From an uncultured bacterium (GTDB lineage: Bacteria > Krumholzibacteriota > Krumholzibacteriia > LZORAL124-64-63), in the NCBI GenBank assembly GCA_963727525.1, contig CAVSGO010000007.1:2301902-2365901 (forward strand): DNA of 64,000 nt. The letters are read 5' to 3'. Position numbers and translations under genes: made by a program. Below, one piece after another: positions 30,709 to 41,173 of the stretch. Under the pieces are notes generated by a model that searched no databases, was not told where the DNA came from, and saw only the letters and a program-made list of their open reading frames with translations. Every line of letters begins with the position of its first letter. Position 1 is the stretch's first letter.

Positions 30709-32901
30709 ATGACACGCTGGCATGTCATCCGTTTCATGCTGCTACTCGGCTCGGGCGTAGCGATGGCGTTCGCACCCAGCGCGGGGGCGAGCGACGTGAC
30801 CCGCGACTGGCCCACGATCGCCACCGACCAGTCGCGCCAGGGGGGCGACACGGTCGAGTCGGCAACGGTGATCGTCTCCATTCCCTATTTCGCCATCGGC
30901 ACGACCGCGGGATATGCCGACGACTACGACGTCCCTTGCCCATCGGCATCGGCGTCGGCGGACGTCGTGTATCGCTACGAGCCTTCGGTCGATCAGGAGA
31001 TCAACATCGATCTCTGTTCGTCGAGCTACAACACGAAGGTCTATGTCCTGGATGCCGCCGGCGGCGTCGTGGCATGCGACGACGACTATTATCACGAGTC
31101 GCCGTGCGGCCCCACCCGCTCGCGTGCGGAGGATGTGGCACTGCAGGCGGGGTCAACGTACTACATTGTCATCGATGGCTCGTTTGACCAGTCGGGTAAC
31201 TATCACCTCGCCGTCACGAACTACCATCCGCACGTGTTCTCTCCACCGTGGTACGCGCAGCCCGAAGGGGAACCACCGCTCGAGAATGGCTACGTCGACA
31301 CCTACAATGGTGGCTGCAACACGCCGGGACCGCCCCAGGCGAGCTTCCACCCCTACGATCCCGCCATGGGTTACGCGGCGTGCGTGCACGGCCAGTCGGG
31401 CTGGTATCGCAACGAGGAGGGAATCTGGCACAGCGACTTCGACTGGTACATCATCCAGATCTACGCACAGGGATCCCTGGATCTCACCCTCGAGTCAACG
31501 TCGCCGTGCTACGTGTATTGGCTCGAGCAGGGCTGGGACTGCGACAACCCCACCATTGCCGACTACGCTCTCGCCGAGCCGGGCCAGACCGCCCACTTGA
31601 CGATCAGCGGGCCATACGCGTCCCAGATCACCGTGGTCGTAGTACCGACGGCCCCCGAGCCGCCTCCGGACCTCCCGGGCCAGACGTTCTCATACCTTCT
31701 CGGCATCGACGCCTGGGAGCAACCTTACCAGATGCCCATGGCCGACTACAGCTACGGCTGCGCAACCATCTCGCATCCTCGCAACGGATTCTCCACCAAT
31801 ATGGCCGCACTCCACGACGACTATTCGCCCGCACAGGCGTGCACGGTGTCGGCTGACGTGGCCCGCGACGGGATCTTCCAGGTCTATCTCTGGGCCGGAC
31901 AGCGGTTCACAATCGGCTGGATTGACATCTGGTATCCGACGCCGTTGCCACTCGTTGATCCGCAGGATGTCGTGTGTTTCTACCTGACGACGGATGCACG
32001 CATGACGCCTGGGTCGTGCGTGTATGCTCGCTGCGGGTTGAACTCACCGTATGGTTTCACGACAACCTTCGCGGCGGAGGAGACTGGCTGGCACTATCTC
32101 ATCTGCGACTACGATGCCTCGCCGAGTTCGTGGACCATGTTTGCCAACATCGAGTTCGCCGATTGGACGCAATTCGTTCCGCCGCCGGCGCCGCCCGCCA
32201 ACGATCGCTGCGAGGGGGCGCCGACACTGCCTGTTGGGGTGTTCACCATAGCGGGCGACCTCACCGATGCGACAAACTCCTTCGATCCCGGACCCGACGG
32301 GTGCGTCGATCGCCCCGAGCTGAACAACACCGGTCGCGATGTCGTATACGAGGTCGACCTGCAGCAGGGGCAGGTCCTGGACGTGACGATGACGAGCACG
32401 AACGGTGCGGAAGTGGTCATGTACCTCGTCAGCGACTGCGAGGTACCCGTGGGCGCGTGCGTTGCGTCGAGCGCGGTCCTTCAGGGCGCCACGCAGCTCG
32501 TATATCCGTCATTCCGCGACCAGACGCTGTGGCTCGTCTGCGATTCCTGGGGTCTGGGCGAAAGAGCGTTCACACTCACGGGCACCCTCAGTACCGCGAC
32601 CGGCATCGCCGACCCAGGCGCCGGCGCGACCGGGATCCACGGCATTCAGCCGAATCCCTGCAATCCGCGCGCGGTCGTTTCGTTCGGGTTGGCACGGGCC
32701 GGAATGGTCCAGCTCGGGGTCTACGACGTCCGCGGGCGACGCGTGGCCTCCCTGCTTGCGGGTTGGCAAGAAGCGGGGGATCACGCGGCCGTCTGGGACG
32801 GCCGCGACGACGCGGGACGTGCGGTCGCGTCCGGCATCTACATGGTCCAATTGCGCACCGACGAGGCACGCGACATCCATAAGGTCGTGGTGCTGAGATA
32901 G
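30709..32901 (+). CDS. Secreted Cys-containing repeat protein (PPC-like modules) with FlgD-Ig tail
   Basis: Signal peptide; QGGDTVESAT...GTTAGYADDYD..C, DVVY, PANDRC; PNPCNP...YDVRGRRV...WDGRD...VASGIY. Confidence 0.85.
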   Translation: MTRWHVIRFMLLLGSGVAMAFAPSAGASDVTRDWPTIATDQSRQGGDTVESATVIVSIPYFAIGTTAGYADDYDVPCPSASASADVVYRYEPSVDQEINIDLCSSSYNTKVYVLDAAGGVVACDDDYYHESPCGPTRSRAEDVALQAGSTYYIVIDGSFDQSGNYHLAVTNYHPHVFSPPWYAQPEGEPPLENGYVDTYNGGCNTPGPPQASFHPYDPAMGYAACVHGQSGWYRNEEGIWHSDFDWYIIQIYAQGSLDLTLESTSPCYVYWLEQGWDCDNPTIADYALAEPGQTAHLTISGPYASQITVVVVPTAPEPPPDLPGQTFSYLLGIDAWEQPYQMPMADYSYGCATISHPRNGFSTNMAALHDDYSPAQACTVSADVARDGIFQVYLWAGQRFTIGWIDIWYPTPLPLVDPQDVVCFYLTTDARMTPGSCVYARCGLNSPYGFTTTFAAEETGWHYLICDYDASPSSWTMFANIEFADWTQFVPPPAPPANDRCEGAPTLPVGVFTIAGDLTDATNSFDPGPDGCVDRPELNNTGRDVVYEVDLQQGQVLDVTMTSTNGAEVVMYLVSDCEVPVGACVASSAVLQGATQLVYPSFRDQTLWLVCDSWGLGERAFTLTGTLSTATGIADPGAGATGIHGIQPNPCNPRAVVSFGLARAGMVQLGVYDVRGRRVASLLAGWQEAGDHAAVWDGRDDAGRAVASGIYMVQLRTDEARDIHKVVVLR

Positions 32902-32933
32902 ACGGCAAACGCCGACGGCTCGATCATCGGCGC

Positions 32934-33191
32934 CTACTGCGGATACCTCGCCTCCCACCACGCCGGCCGCTCCCTCAGGTAGCGGGCGAAGTTGACGAGG
33001 ATGGTGTCGTTCCAGCCGATGCGCTGGTCGTGGTCGAGGATCCGGTGGTCCTGGCCCTCGATCGGCACGTACTCCACGTCGCGACCGAGCAGTTTCAGCG
33101 CGGTGAAGAGCTGGTCGATCTCTCCCGGCAGCACGTTGGTGTCGGCGCTGCCGTGCAGCAGGAGCAGGGGTGTGTGGATGCGGTCGGCGTT
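32934..33191 (-). pseudogene. S9 (prolyl oligopeptidase family) peptidase C-terminal remnant
   Basis: TPLLLLHGSADTNV...GQDH (Asp/His region); the Ser region is replaced by the IS91-end repeat. Confidence 0.85.
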
Positions 33192-33290
33192 TTCGGAACC
33201 CCTCTCTCCCCCGTGGCGCCAGCTCTCTGCCTCGATTCTACCATACTTTTCGCCGCGCCTTCGCGTGAGTATCGCCTGAGAACCTCGCGA
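33188..33290 (-). mobile_element. IS91/ISCR-like oriIS-proximal repeat lacking the terminal ~20 bp
   Basis: Aligns with 15728-15827. Confidence 0.7.
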
Positions 33291-33708
33291 CACGCCCAAC
33301 ACGATCGGCTCACGGCGTCGGTCTCACCAGCGTCATGCGTTGCGTCAGTACCTTACCGAGGTACCGCTAATTTATGAGCCGCGGCGAGCGGATAGTACCC
33401 GGAGGCGCTCGCCTCCCCCCATGAGCAACATGGGCAATACCAACTTGATCGCCGCCATGCGTGCGGGACATGATCGCACCTTTCGCTCCCCATGGAGCTG
33501 TGCCGAGGTCGATAGCCGAGATGCGCCGCTATCCACCGCACGGGCGCCAACACAACCAGCTCACTCCGCATTGACCGCCATCGCGATCGGCATACACGTC
33601 GCGGAATTCCCAAACGCCCAGTGCGGACTTTGTGATAGTCTCCGGCAAAGCCTATCGATGTGAACCTCTTGTTCTTTGCCAAATCAATTCTATCAGAGGG
33701 ATCCTCCC

Positions 33709-36700
33709 ATGAGAAGTGCGTGCCGTCACTCGATGCTCGTCGCCACGATTTTGTTCTTCCTGTTACCCATAGCGACCGCGCTCGCCGACAACGTACGCCT
33801 GACCACCGACCCGGCGGAGGATACCGCACCCTGCGTCGACGTCGATTCGTCAGGCCAGGTTCGCGTCGCGTGGTCGCGGGATGTCATGGGTCACAAGCAG
33901 ATCATGTGGGCAACGTACTCGCGCTTCGGCGAGGTCCTCTTCGGTCCCGTGCAGGTCACGGATTCGACGAGCGATTCGGGCAGTCCGAATATTTCCCTCG
34001 ACGGACAGGACCGGAGCTTTCTCGTCTGGCAAGAGGGCGCAGGCACATCGGCCAAGACGTGGTTCGCGCGGATCGAGGCGGACGGCACCGTGGGAGTCGT
34101 CGCGCACCAGGTCAACACGGGCAGCGGCTACGACTGGTATCCGGACATCGCGACCACGGTGGTCGGCGTCAGTCACGTCGCCGTGCAGCACACCTATAAC
34201 ACCCTCTGGTATATGACCTATCGCAAGCTCGACGAGAACGGCGACGTCGTCTGCGGCGCCACGCCCGGCGACTTCTGCATCTTTCCCATCGACAAGTACG
34301 TCTCGGTCGATTTCGACCCCTCCGGCTACGCCGTGATGACCTGGTCCGACTACGACTGGTTCGAGGAGGGTCTCTACGTCGCCGAGTACGATGGGGACTG
34401 CAACCGCACCTACCGCAACCTGCTGCGCAACGAGGGCGACATCACCTGGTCATCCATCGTACCGCTCGGTCATCGCTACTGGCACATCACTTATCAGCGC
34501 CGGCTCAGTGGCGTCGAGCGCATCCTGCAGTACACGGGCGGTGCGGACCCCGCGATCAGCCCGCTGCCGGGCCCATCGTCACGCGTCCGGTCGGCAGGCG
34601 CCGCCGGTGAATCGATCTACGCCGTCTGGGTCGACGGCGCGACACCGCCCGACCGGATCGCGGGCGCTCAGTGGGATGCCGCAGGCAACCTCGTCGAGGA
34701 CGACCTAGAGATCTCGACGAGCACGGCCGCGGCGACGCTGCCCGCCATCGGCACCAATGGGCGCGGCCAGTACGCCGTCGTCTGGCGCGATGCCCGCAAC
34801 CCCGAAGGCGCCGGCGAGATCTACCTCGAACTCCTCCCACCCATTGGTTTGGACGTGACCGTGCTATCGGAGAAGACGGAAAATCCGCTGACTGAAGCGA
34901 GCGTCACCCTGTTCCGCCGAGGGATCAAACAAGGCGACGATTCCACTGACGCGGATGGCCTCTGCCGCTTCTCCGGGCTCGAACCGGGAGAATACACGGC
35001 GCAGGCGTCCTTCGGAGGGCACATCAGCGACCTGGTTGCGGGCGTCGTACCCACCAACGGGTTCGGAGCGGTGGAAGTCCACGTCGCCACGGATATCGAA
35101 TTGACGGGACAACTGTTCGACGCAGCCCCGATCACCACCGGACCTGATGCGTCGCCCCTCGTCGTACGGGACGCCTCGGTCGTGCTGATGCACGAGGGAG
35201 CGCCCGTCGACACGACATCTAGCAGCTCTCTGGGCCGCTACCTCTTCAATGTGACCGAACCCGGCGACTACTACTGCCACGCCGGCAAGTTCGGATTTCC
35301 AAAGCCAGGCGAGCCAGCTGACACGCTGTACGCCTACCGGTCGACCACCCCGGAGACGGTTCCCGAAAGCGCTATCGAGGTTGCGATGCCCGACCTCGCG
35401 CTCGAGTCGAAGGTGGTGGTCATGGTGCATGGCTGGAACTCCAGGGGGCGTGTTTGGGACGATTCGGGATTCGTTGAGAGGTTGCAACAGCGGGGCTGGA
35501 CCGTGGTGTGGGACTTCAATCTGCCTCGGCAGCTGCCGATCGTCGGGACATGGGGATGGGCTGGCGTCGAGCAGCAGGCGGGGTTCCTCGCGGGTACGGT
35601 CACGGATCGTCTTGCGACCAGTTCCTTCCATATCGTGGCACACAGTCAGGGAGGACTCGTGAGTCGGTTCCTCATCGAGCAGATGCGACGCAACGAGGAA
35701 CCGCGCGTCAACAAATGCATCACGCTCGCAACGCCTCATCACGGATCGCCCGTGGCCGGTGACGCCGTATTTCTCATCGAATTCATCGCGAGTCGGTTCT
35801 TGCCGCCAATCTACAATCTCATCCTTCATCAACTCCTCGAGTATTTTCAAGACGAGTATCCAGCTGTGCGAGATCTGGACGCGAACAGCCAGTTCCTGCG
35901 CACGCTCAATCGTGGCACGCAGGATCACGGAGATTGGAGTGGTTGGTGTCTGTTCGACGTCGATGTACCCGAACCGGAGATCCTGCTCAACCCCCAGACG
36001 ACGTATGCAGTGCTCGCCGGTACCGGCGAGGGAGACGAGTGGTGGTTTCAAGCGGGTGACCTCTTGCTCAACGCGCGCGGTTGCGCGACGAACGACGGGA
36101 TCGTGCCCGCGACATCCGCGCACCTTTACGGCGACGGCAACGTCCACAACTGGCTGGCCAGCGACTTCGGGATCGACGTTCACCACAAACGGTTCGACCG
36201 CGCCGTGGGTATCGTCGAGTCGCCGCAGGTGCAGGAACTCGTGGCCGGTTGGCTCGCCAGCGATCCCTCCGCGTGGCCACCATCACATGCTTCCCCTGTA
36301 CCACGAGACGGGGTACCGGGAGCCTGGACCCGGATGGGCCTGCTGCAGATCGCCGCGATGCCGGGCGAGGTCGCCGAGGAGGGTGTGACCATCGACACGT
36401 GCGACACGTTGCGGATCAACTGGGCGTGGTTCGACGGGAGTGTCGATCTGGCGCTCGTGACTCCTCTCGGTGCCGTCGTGGACAGCGCGACGGCCGCCGT
36501 GACGCCGGGGATCGAGTACGTGCGCGACCCCAGCAACTACTACGGATACTACCTGATCACCGGGCCCGATGTCGGTGACTGGACCTTGCGGGTGCAGGAC
36601 GTCGCCGCGAGCGCGGAGCAAAACGTCTTGCTCTGGCTGGAAGGCGCTGCGGCGCTACGTCTCGATTTGCGGGTCACGCCCGATACGCCGGCAATCTACT

Positions 36701-37656
36701 CCGACCATACCGTCGCCGCCGCGTTGACAGACGCCGTGGGGCACCCATTGCTGGGCGCCACGGCCATCGCCTCCGTGTTTCATCCGTCGCAGACGTCGGT
36801 CGACCTGCCGCTTCTCGACGACGGTCTGCCCCCGGATGCGGTGGCGGACGACGGCGTCTACTCCGGCACCCTGGTCCTGGAAACCACACCGGGGACGACG
36901 GTCGTCGACGTGACGGCGTCAGGCGCCGCTCCCGAGGTCTTCTCTCGCCGCGCCGTGACCGGTCTGGGACGCGGTCCGGTGACCGACGCCGGTATTGTCG
37001 ATCCCGGGCTCACGGTCCATGACTTCAACGGTCTGGCGGGGTGTCGGATGACCTTGCGTGGAACCGTGATCAACTATGGCCCGCTCGACGCCAGTCTCGC
37101 GGTCGAGGTCGTGGCGGAAAACGAGATGATCGTGCTCCAAGCCGACACGCTGGTGGTGCCCGTGGGCGGCACGATCGAGGTCGAGACCTCGCATCTGCCG
37201 CTCGCGGTGGGGCAGTACCGGTATCGCCTGCGGATCTCGCCCGTGGGCGATGTGGGCGAGTTCGACTGGGCCGACAATGTCTCGGTGTTGACCGTAGATG
37301 TGGGGTCGCCCGTGACAACGGTGCCCGGCGGAGGTAGCGCCAACGACAAGCCGGAGATCGCCACCCTGCTCCAGGGACGTGCCGCCCGACTTTTGATGGC
37401 GTATCCCAATCCGTTCAATCCTGTGGTGACGTTACGGTGCGCGATCGCGGCGCCGGGACCGATCCGCATCTGCGCCTACGACATCCGGGGCCGCAAGGTG
37501 TGGTCCCAAGAAACCGGTGTCTTGCCTGCCGGCGTGCACGAGATCCACTGGCTGGGAACCGATGGCTTCGGACGCGCCGTCGCTTCGGGCCTGTATCTGT
37601 TGCGGCTGGACGCCGCGGGCGTGAACGACGTCCGCAAGGTCATGCTAGTGCGATGA
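33709..37656 (+). CDS. Large secreted multidomain protein: propeller-like N-terminus, Cna/carboxypeptidase-regulatory-like domains, PGAP1/lipase-like hydrolase, choice-of-anchor-X-like motif, FlgD-Ig tail
   Basis: Signal peptide; VMVHGWNS, IVAHSQGGLVSR, TLATPHHGS, NDGIVP; LLDDGLPPDAVADDGVYSG; YPNPFNP...VASGLY. Confidence 0.88.
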   Translation: MRSACRHSMLVATILFFLLPIATALADNVRLTTDPAEDTAPCVDVDSSGQVRVAWSRDVMGHKQIMWATYSRFGEVLFGPVQVTDSTSDSGSPNISLDGQDRSFLVWQEGAGTSAKTWFARIEADGTVGVVAHQVNTGSGYDWYPDIATTVVGVSHVAVQHTYNTLWYMTYRKLDENGDVVCGATPGDFCIFPIDKYVSVDFDPSGYAVMTWSDYDWFEEGLYVAEYDGDCNRTYRNLLRNEGDITWSSIVPLGHRYWHITYQRRLSGVERILQYTGGADPAISPLPGPSSRVRSAGAAGESIYAVWVDGATPPDRIAGAQWDAAGNLVEDDLEISTSTAAATLPAIGTNGRGQYAVVWRDARNPEGAGEIYLELLPPIGLDVTVLSEKTENPLTEASVTLFRRGIKQGDDSTDADGLCRFSGLEPGEYTAQASFGGHISDLVAGVVPTNGFGAVEVHVATDIELTGQLFDAAPITTGPDASPLVVRDASVVLMHEGAPVDTTSSSSLGRYLFNVTEPGDYYCHAGKFGFPKPGEPADTLYAYRSTTPETVPESAIEVAMPDLALESKVVVMVHGWNSRGRVWDDSGFVERLQQRGWTVVWDFNLPRQLPIVGTWGWAGVEQQAGFLAGTVTDRLATSSFHIVAHSQGGLVSRFLIEQMRRNEEPRVNKCITLATPHHGSPVAGDAVFLIEFIASRFLPPIYNLILHQLLEYFQDEYPAVRDLDANSQFLRTLNRGTQDHGDWSGWCLFDVDVPEPEILLNPQTTYAVLAGTGEGDEWWFQAGDLLLNARGCATNDGIVPATSAHLYGDGNVHNWLASDFGIDVHHKRFDRAVGIVESPQVQELVAGWLASDPSAWPPSHASPVPRDGVPGAWTRMGLLQIAAMPGEVAEEGVTIDTCDTLRINWAWFDGSVDLALVTPLGAVVDSATAAVTPGIEYVRDPSNYYGYYLITGPDVGDWTLRVQDVAASAEQNVLLWLEGAAALRLDLRVTPDTPAIYSDHTVAAALTDAVGHPLLGATAIASVFHPSQTSVDLPLLDDGLPPDAVADDGVYSGTLVLETTPGTTVVDVTASGAAPEVFSRRAVTGLGRGPVTDAGIVDPGLTVHDFNGLAGCRMTLRGTVINYGPLDASLAVEVVAENEMIVLQADTLVVPVGGTIEVETSHLPLAVGQYRYRLRISPVGDVGEFDWADNVSVLTVDVGSPVTTVPGGGSANDKPEIATLLQGRAARLLMAYPNPFNPVVTLRCAIAAPGPIRICAYDIRGRKVWSQETGVLPAGVHEIHWLGTDGFGRAVASGLYLLRLDAAGVNDVRKVMLVR

Positions 37657-37870
37657 ATTACCGCGGACGTTAGTAGCGAACACCACGTAGCATTGCATAT
37701 CATCGGTATGCCTCAGGGGCGACCGGTCGCTAAGACTCCCAACCGCACTGGCGCGACTTGCGCCGGCGCACGTCCGCTACCGCGGCGGGGACTTCGGCAC
37801 CATCACCGCCGCCTTCGGCGTCCGATCCGCGCGGAATAGCCCCCAGTGCTTCTCCACCTCGGCGGGACTG

Positions 37871-37987
37871 TGGTTCCTTAAGCACCGGCCGGAAGTCGTC
37901 GACGCGATGGCGCGGATCTTCATCCGGGCGGTGCAGACGGCGTTACGCCGAGCAGGCCCCGACGCACCGCTAGACGCTCAACTCGGC
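37871..37987 (+). mobile_element. IS91-family transposase internal fragment (diverged paralog)
   Basis: WFLKHRPEVVDAMARIFIRAVQTALRRAGPDAPLDAQLG versus FLKHRSEVVDGLAKIFLRAVQAAVRRASPGAPPDTQFG at 39.1 kb. Confidence 0.75.
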
Positions 37988-38065
37988 GTAATTGGGCAGG
38001 GAAAGGAGAGATAGGGATTGCGGAGTCGGGCCCAGAAGTGCCGTCGCGAGTTAGGCGGTCCGACT

Positions 38066-38238
38066 CAGAGTGGAGCCGGGTCTGCCGCGGTCGACACCAA
38101 GAGCTAAGTCCGGAATGAACTCGGACTTGCCGCGGCTACGAAGGATGAGAATCGAAACGCGACACAAAGTGGCCGCACTGTGGTGAGCCGAGGTTGCAAA
38201 CCGTCGGTGCTCCTTGTCGTGAGACGAAGGTGAACGCG
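38066..38238 (+). ncRNA. Structured non-coding region, candidate IS110-type left end / bridge RNA
   Basis: Nested stems gccgcgg/ccgcggc and aagtccg/cggactt; ccga-ggtt/aacc-tcgg; GTGA tetraloop hairpin; ggagc/gctcc closure; then RBS and ATG 38239 of a truncated ORF. IS110 resemblance is from recall only. Confidence 0.45.
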
Positions 38239-38334
38239 ATGGCGACAAACCAGAAGACCGCGGCTCATTCGCGCGAGGACCGATAACATCGAGTTGCAGC
38301 TGACGGATCGTCCACTGGGACCGTCAGGGACTCG

Positions 38335-39203
38335 CATCGTGGGCATTGCAAAGGCCGCGCGTCGTAGATCCGCGCCAGCAGCATCGCCCAGCTACGCGAC
38401 GCCTTGGGGCGCGGCTCGGACGCGTCCGCCATGCCCATCGCAGCCCTGGCGCGCTCGAGCGCGAGCATCACCACCGTGCCGGCGGGACCGGCGGTCTACG
38501 TCACCGCCCGGCGCAGCTTCGCTCCTGGAGCGAATACTCCACAATACCGATGGCGGTGCTTGCGTGGTGGGACGAGCAAGTCGATCACGCGCTCGAGGAA
38601 CTCCAGCGGGCTCAGCAGGATCTCTGTGCGGCCGTCTGGTCGTGGTCGGCGCAGGCGGTACACCAGGGTGTCGGCATTGAGGCGGCCCAGGCGGCCGGCG
38701 GCCAGGGGCGGTCGCGCGCAGTAACGCACGAGTCGCTCCAGGCCCTGGCGGTCCCAGTCGGCAAGCCTGACCTCGGCGTGCACGGACCAGCCGCCGCCGT
38801 GTTGCCAGGTGCGCATCTCGCTGGCGGCGGCGGCGTCCAGGTGGCCGTGCCTGACGAGCCAGCGCAGGCCGCGGTGACGCAGCTGATCGCGGACGCAAGT
38901 GATGGCGGCTTCGTCGAGACGGGTGGCCGGATGGAAGACCGCAGCTTCGGCGTCGTCCTCGGCGGCGCTGAACACCCCGTCGGTCACCAGCACATGGAAG
39001 TGCACGTGGCTATTGAGAGCGTCGCCGAAGCGGTGGACGAAGAGGGCGGCGCCGAACTGGGTGTCCGGTGGCGCACCGGGGCTCGCCCTGCGCACGGCTG
39101 CCTGCACCGCCCGCAGGAAGATCTTCGCCAGGCCGTCGACGACCTCGGACCTGTGCTTGAGGAATCAGCGCACCCGCTTGGGCATCGAGACCACCCACTG
39201 CCG
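38335..39203 (-). mobile_element. IS91-family (Y2/HUH) transposase pseudogene
   Basis: RQWVVSMPKRVR*, HRFGDALNSHVHFHVLVTDGVF, RLVRYCARPP, HRYCGVFAP, SWAMLLARIY..PLQCPRC; internal stops, no N-terminus. Confidence 0.9.
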
Positions 39204-39670
39204 GTATCTTCACCGCGTCCAGGACCCCCGCCTCGAAGGGCGAGTCTCCGTGGTTTTCGCGGGATTGCGACTGCGTCATCGGCGACCACCGGCGCGGAAA
39301 TCGGGAACGAGAATCGGCTCCGGTCCATGGAAACGGCTTTTCCCGTTTTTGCGCACATCAATTTCTCGTTCCGTGTGGGTGCTGGTCCCAGGTCGCTGTA
39401 CGGGAATTACTGGTGAAGACCCACCGGCGTGACAGTCGGCGATCTGCTCCGTCCCCGCGCGAGGGAGGGGAAGGTCTGTGAAGATCGTGCAAAATGAATA
39501 ATGACAGTCGATTGACAGGATCGAACCGCCAGCGCGTTTTCGCAGGGATTCGCGCACCGCGCGGCCCCGATCCGCCACGCCAGCGCCTCCGTACCCGGGC
39601 GGCGATCTCCCGCAGTTCTTGCTTAAGTACCCGTATCTGCATCCGGAATCAACACTACGGGAGGAGCATC

Positions 39671-40582
39671 ATGCATTTCGATTTCACCAGCTACTTGCAG
39701 AGCGTGGGACGCTGGTTCCTGACCAGCGGCTTGCAGATCCTGCTCATCGTCGTGATCGCGCTGGTCGCCCTGCACATCCTGAAGTCCGTCACGCGGCGCG
39801 CCTTCGCGACCGTGAGCCGCGGACGCGACGACCTGGAGTTCTCCAAGCGCACCGACACACTCAACGGCATCACCGGCAACGTCGTCTCCATCGTGGTGCT
39901 GGTGATCGCCATGATGATGGTGCTCAGGGAATTCGGCATCGACATCGGACCGGTGATGGCCGGCGCCGGCGTGCTCGGTCTGGCCGTGGGCTTCGGGGCG
40001 CAGAATCTCGTGCAGGACGTCATCAGCGGCTTCTACATCCTGCTGGAAGACCAGATCCGCGTGGGCGACGTGGTGCAGATCGCGGGCAAGGGGGGGCTCG
40101 TCGAGCGGGTGAGCCTGCGTCTGACCATCATCCGCGACCTCGCCGGCAACGTGCACTATGTCCGCAACGGCAAGATCGACGTGGTCACCAACATGACGAA
40201 GGACTTCTCGATGTACGTGTTCGAGGTGGGCGTCGCCTACCGCGAGGACACCGACGAGGTCGCCGAGGTGCTGCGCGAGGTCGCCGCCGGCATGCGCCAG
40301 GAAGAGGCCTATGCCAGCGACATCCTCTCCGACCTCGAGGTCCTGGGCGTCGATCAGTTCGCCGACTCGGCGGTCATCATCAAGGCGCGGATCAAGACCC
40401 GACCGATCAAGCAGTGGTCGATCGGCCGCGAGTTCAACCGCCGCATGAAGAAGGCCTTCGACGCGCGCAACATCGAGATCCCGTTCCCGCACGTGACGGT
40501 CTACGCCGGCGAGGGCAAGGACGGTTCGGCGCCCATGTTCCCGATCAGGGCCCGCATGGCCAAGCAGGCCGAGGCGAGCTAG
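39671..40582 (+). CDS. Small-conductance mechanosensitive channel (MscS/YbiO-like)
   Basis: AGAGVLGLAVGFGAQNLVQDVISGFYILLEDQIRVGD; IEIPFP; RBS GAGGAG. Confidence 0.93.
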   Translation: MHFDFTSYLQSVGRWFLTSGLQILLIVVIALVALHILKSVTRRAFATVSRGRDDLEFSKRTDTLNGITGNVVSIVVLVIAMMMVLREFGIDIGPVMAGAGVLGLAVGFGAQNLVQDVISGFYILLEDQIRVGDVVQIAGKGGLVERVSLRLTIIRDLAGNVHYVRNGKIDVVTNMTKDFSMYVFEVGVAYREDTDEVAEVLREVAAGMRQEEAYASDILSDLEVLGVDQFADSAVIIKARIKTRPIKQWSIGREFNRRMKKAFDARNIEIPFPHVTVYAGEGKDGSAPMFPIRARMAKQAEAS

Positions 40583-40619
40583 TGTCCTGGTGCCGGGATC
40601 ACCCGGAAGGAGGTCCGCG

Positions 40620-41105
40620 ATGAAGCCGAGAATAGTCTATGCGCAGGCGTCGCCCGCCGCGCTGGAAGGCATGTTCAAGCTGGAGAAGCATCTCGCGCAC
40701 TGCGCCGTCGAGCGGAGCCTGCTCGACCTCGTGAAGTTGCGCGTGTCCCAGATCAATGGTTGCGCCTACTGCATCGACATGCACTGGAAGGACCTTCGCG
40801 CCGCCGGCGAGACCGAGCAGAGGCTCTACGGCCTCGACGCCTGGCGCGAGTCGCCCTATTACAGCGAGCGGGAACGCGCTGCCCTCGCCTGGGCCGAGGC
40901 CGTGACGCGGGTCACCGACGGCCACGTGCCCGATGCGATCTTCGCCGCCGCGCAGGCTCAATTCTCCGACACCGAGCTGGTGGATCTCACGCTCGGCGTC
41001 ACAACGATCAATGCCTGGAATCGCATCGCCATCGCCTTCCGCAGCGAGGCCGGCACCTACCAGGTGCCGGTGGCCTTGCGGCACCGCGAGGCCGCGGGGT
41101 CATGA
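40620..41105 (+). CDS. Carboxymuconolactone decarboxylase / AhpD-like protein
   Basis: LVKLRVSQINGCAYCIDMH; ERAALAWAEAVT; INAWNR. Confidence 0.92.
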   Translation: MKPRIVYAQASPAALEGMFKLEKHLAHCAVERSLLDLVKLRVSQINGCAYCIDMHWKDLRAAGETEQRLYGLDAWRESPYYSERERAALAWAEAVTRVTDGHVPDAIFAAAQAQFSDTELVDLTLGVTTINAWNRIAIAFRSEAGTYQVPVALRHREAAGS

Positions 41106-41112
41106 ACCGCAG

Positions 41113-41143
41113 CCGGGGCCCGATCCCATGGATGGGGCCCCGG
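41113..41143 (+). terminator. Hairpin after the AhpD-like gene
   Basis: ccggggccc...gggccccgg. Confidence 0.5.
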
Positions 41144-41173
41144 CGCCATTCCGCCGGGTCACGGTAAACCCAC

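Noticed and set aside
37943-37991. 10-bp inverted repeat ttacgccgag/ctcggcgtaa, attC- or MITE-like
   Set aside because: Lies almost entirely inside an IS91 coding fragment; no integron integrase or repeated attC pattern
15084-39165. In-frame TAG/TGA inside kinase, FlgD tail, ATPase and IS91 frames, suggesting stop-codon recoding
   Set aside because: All lie in otherwise truncated fragments and are explicable as single transitions from CAG or TGG; intact genes here use TAG and TGA as normal stops
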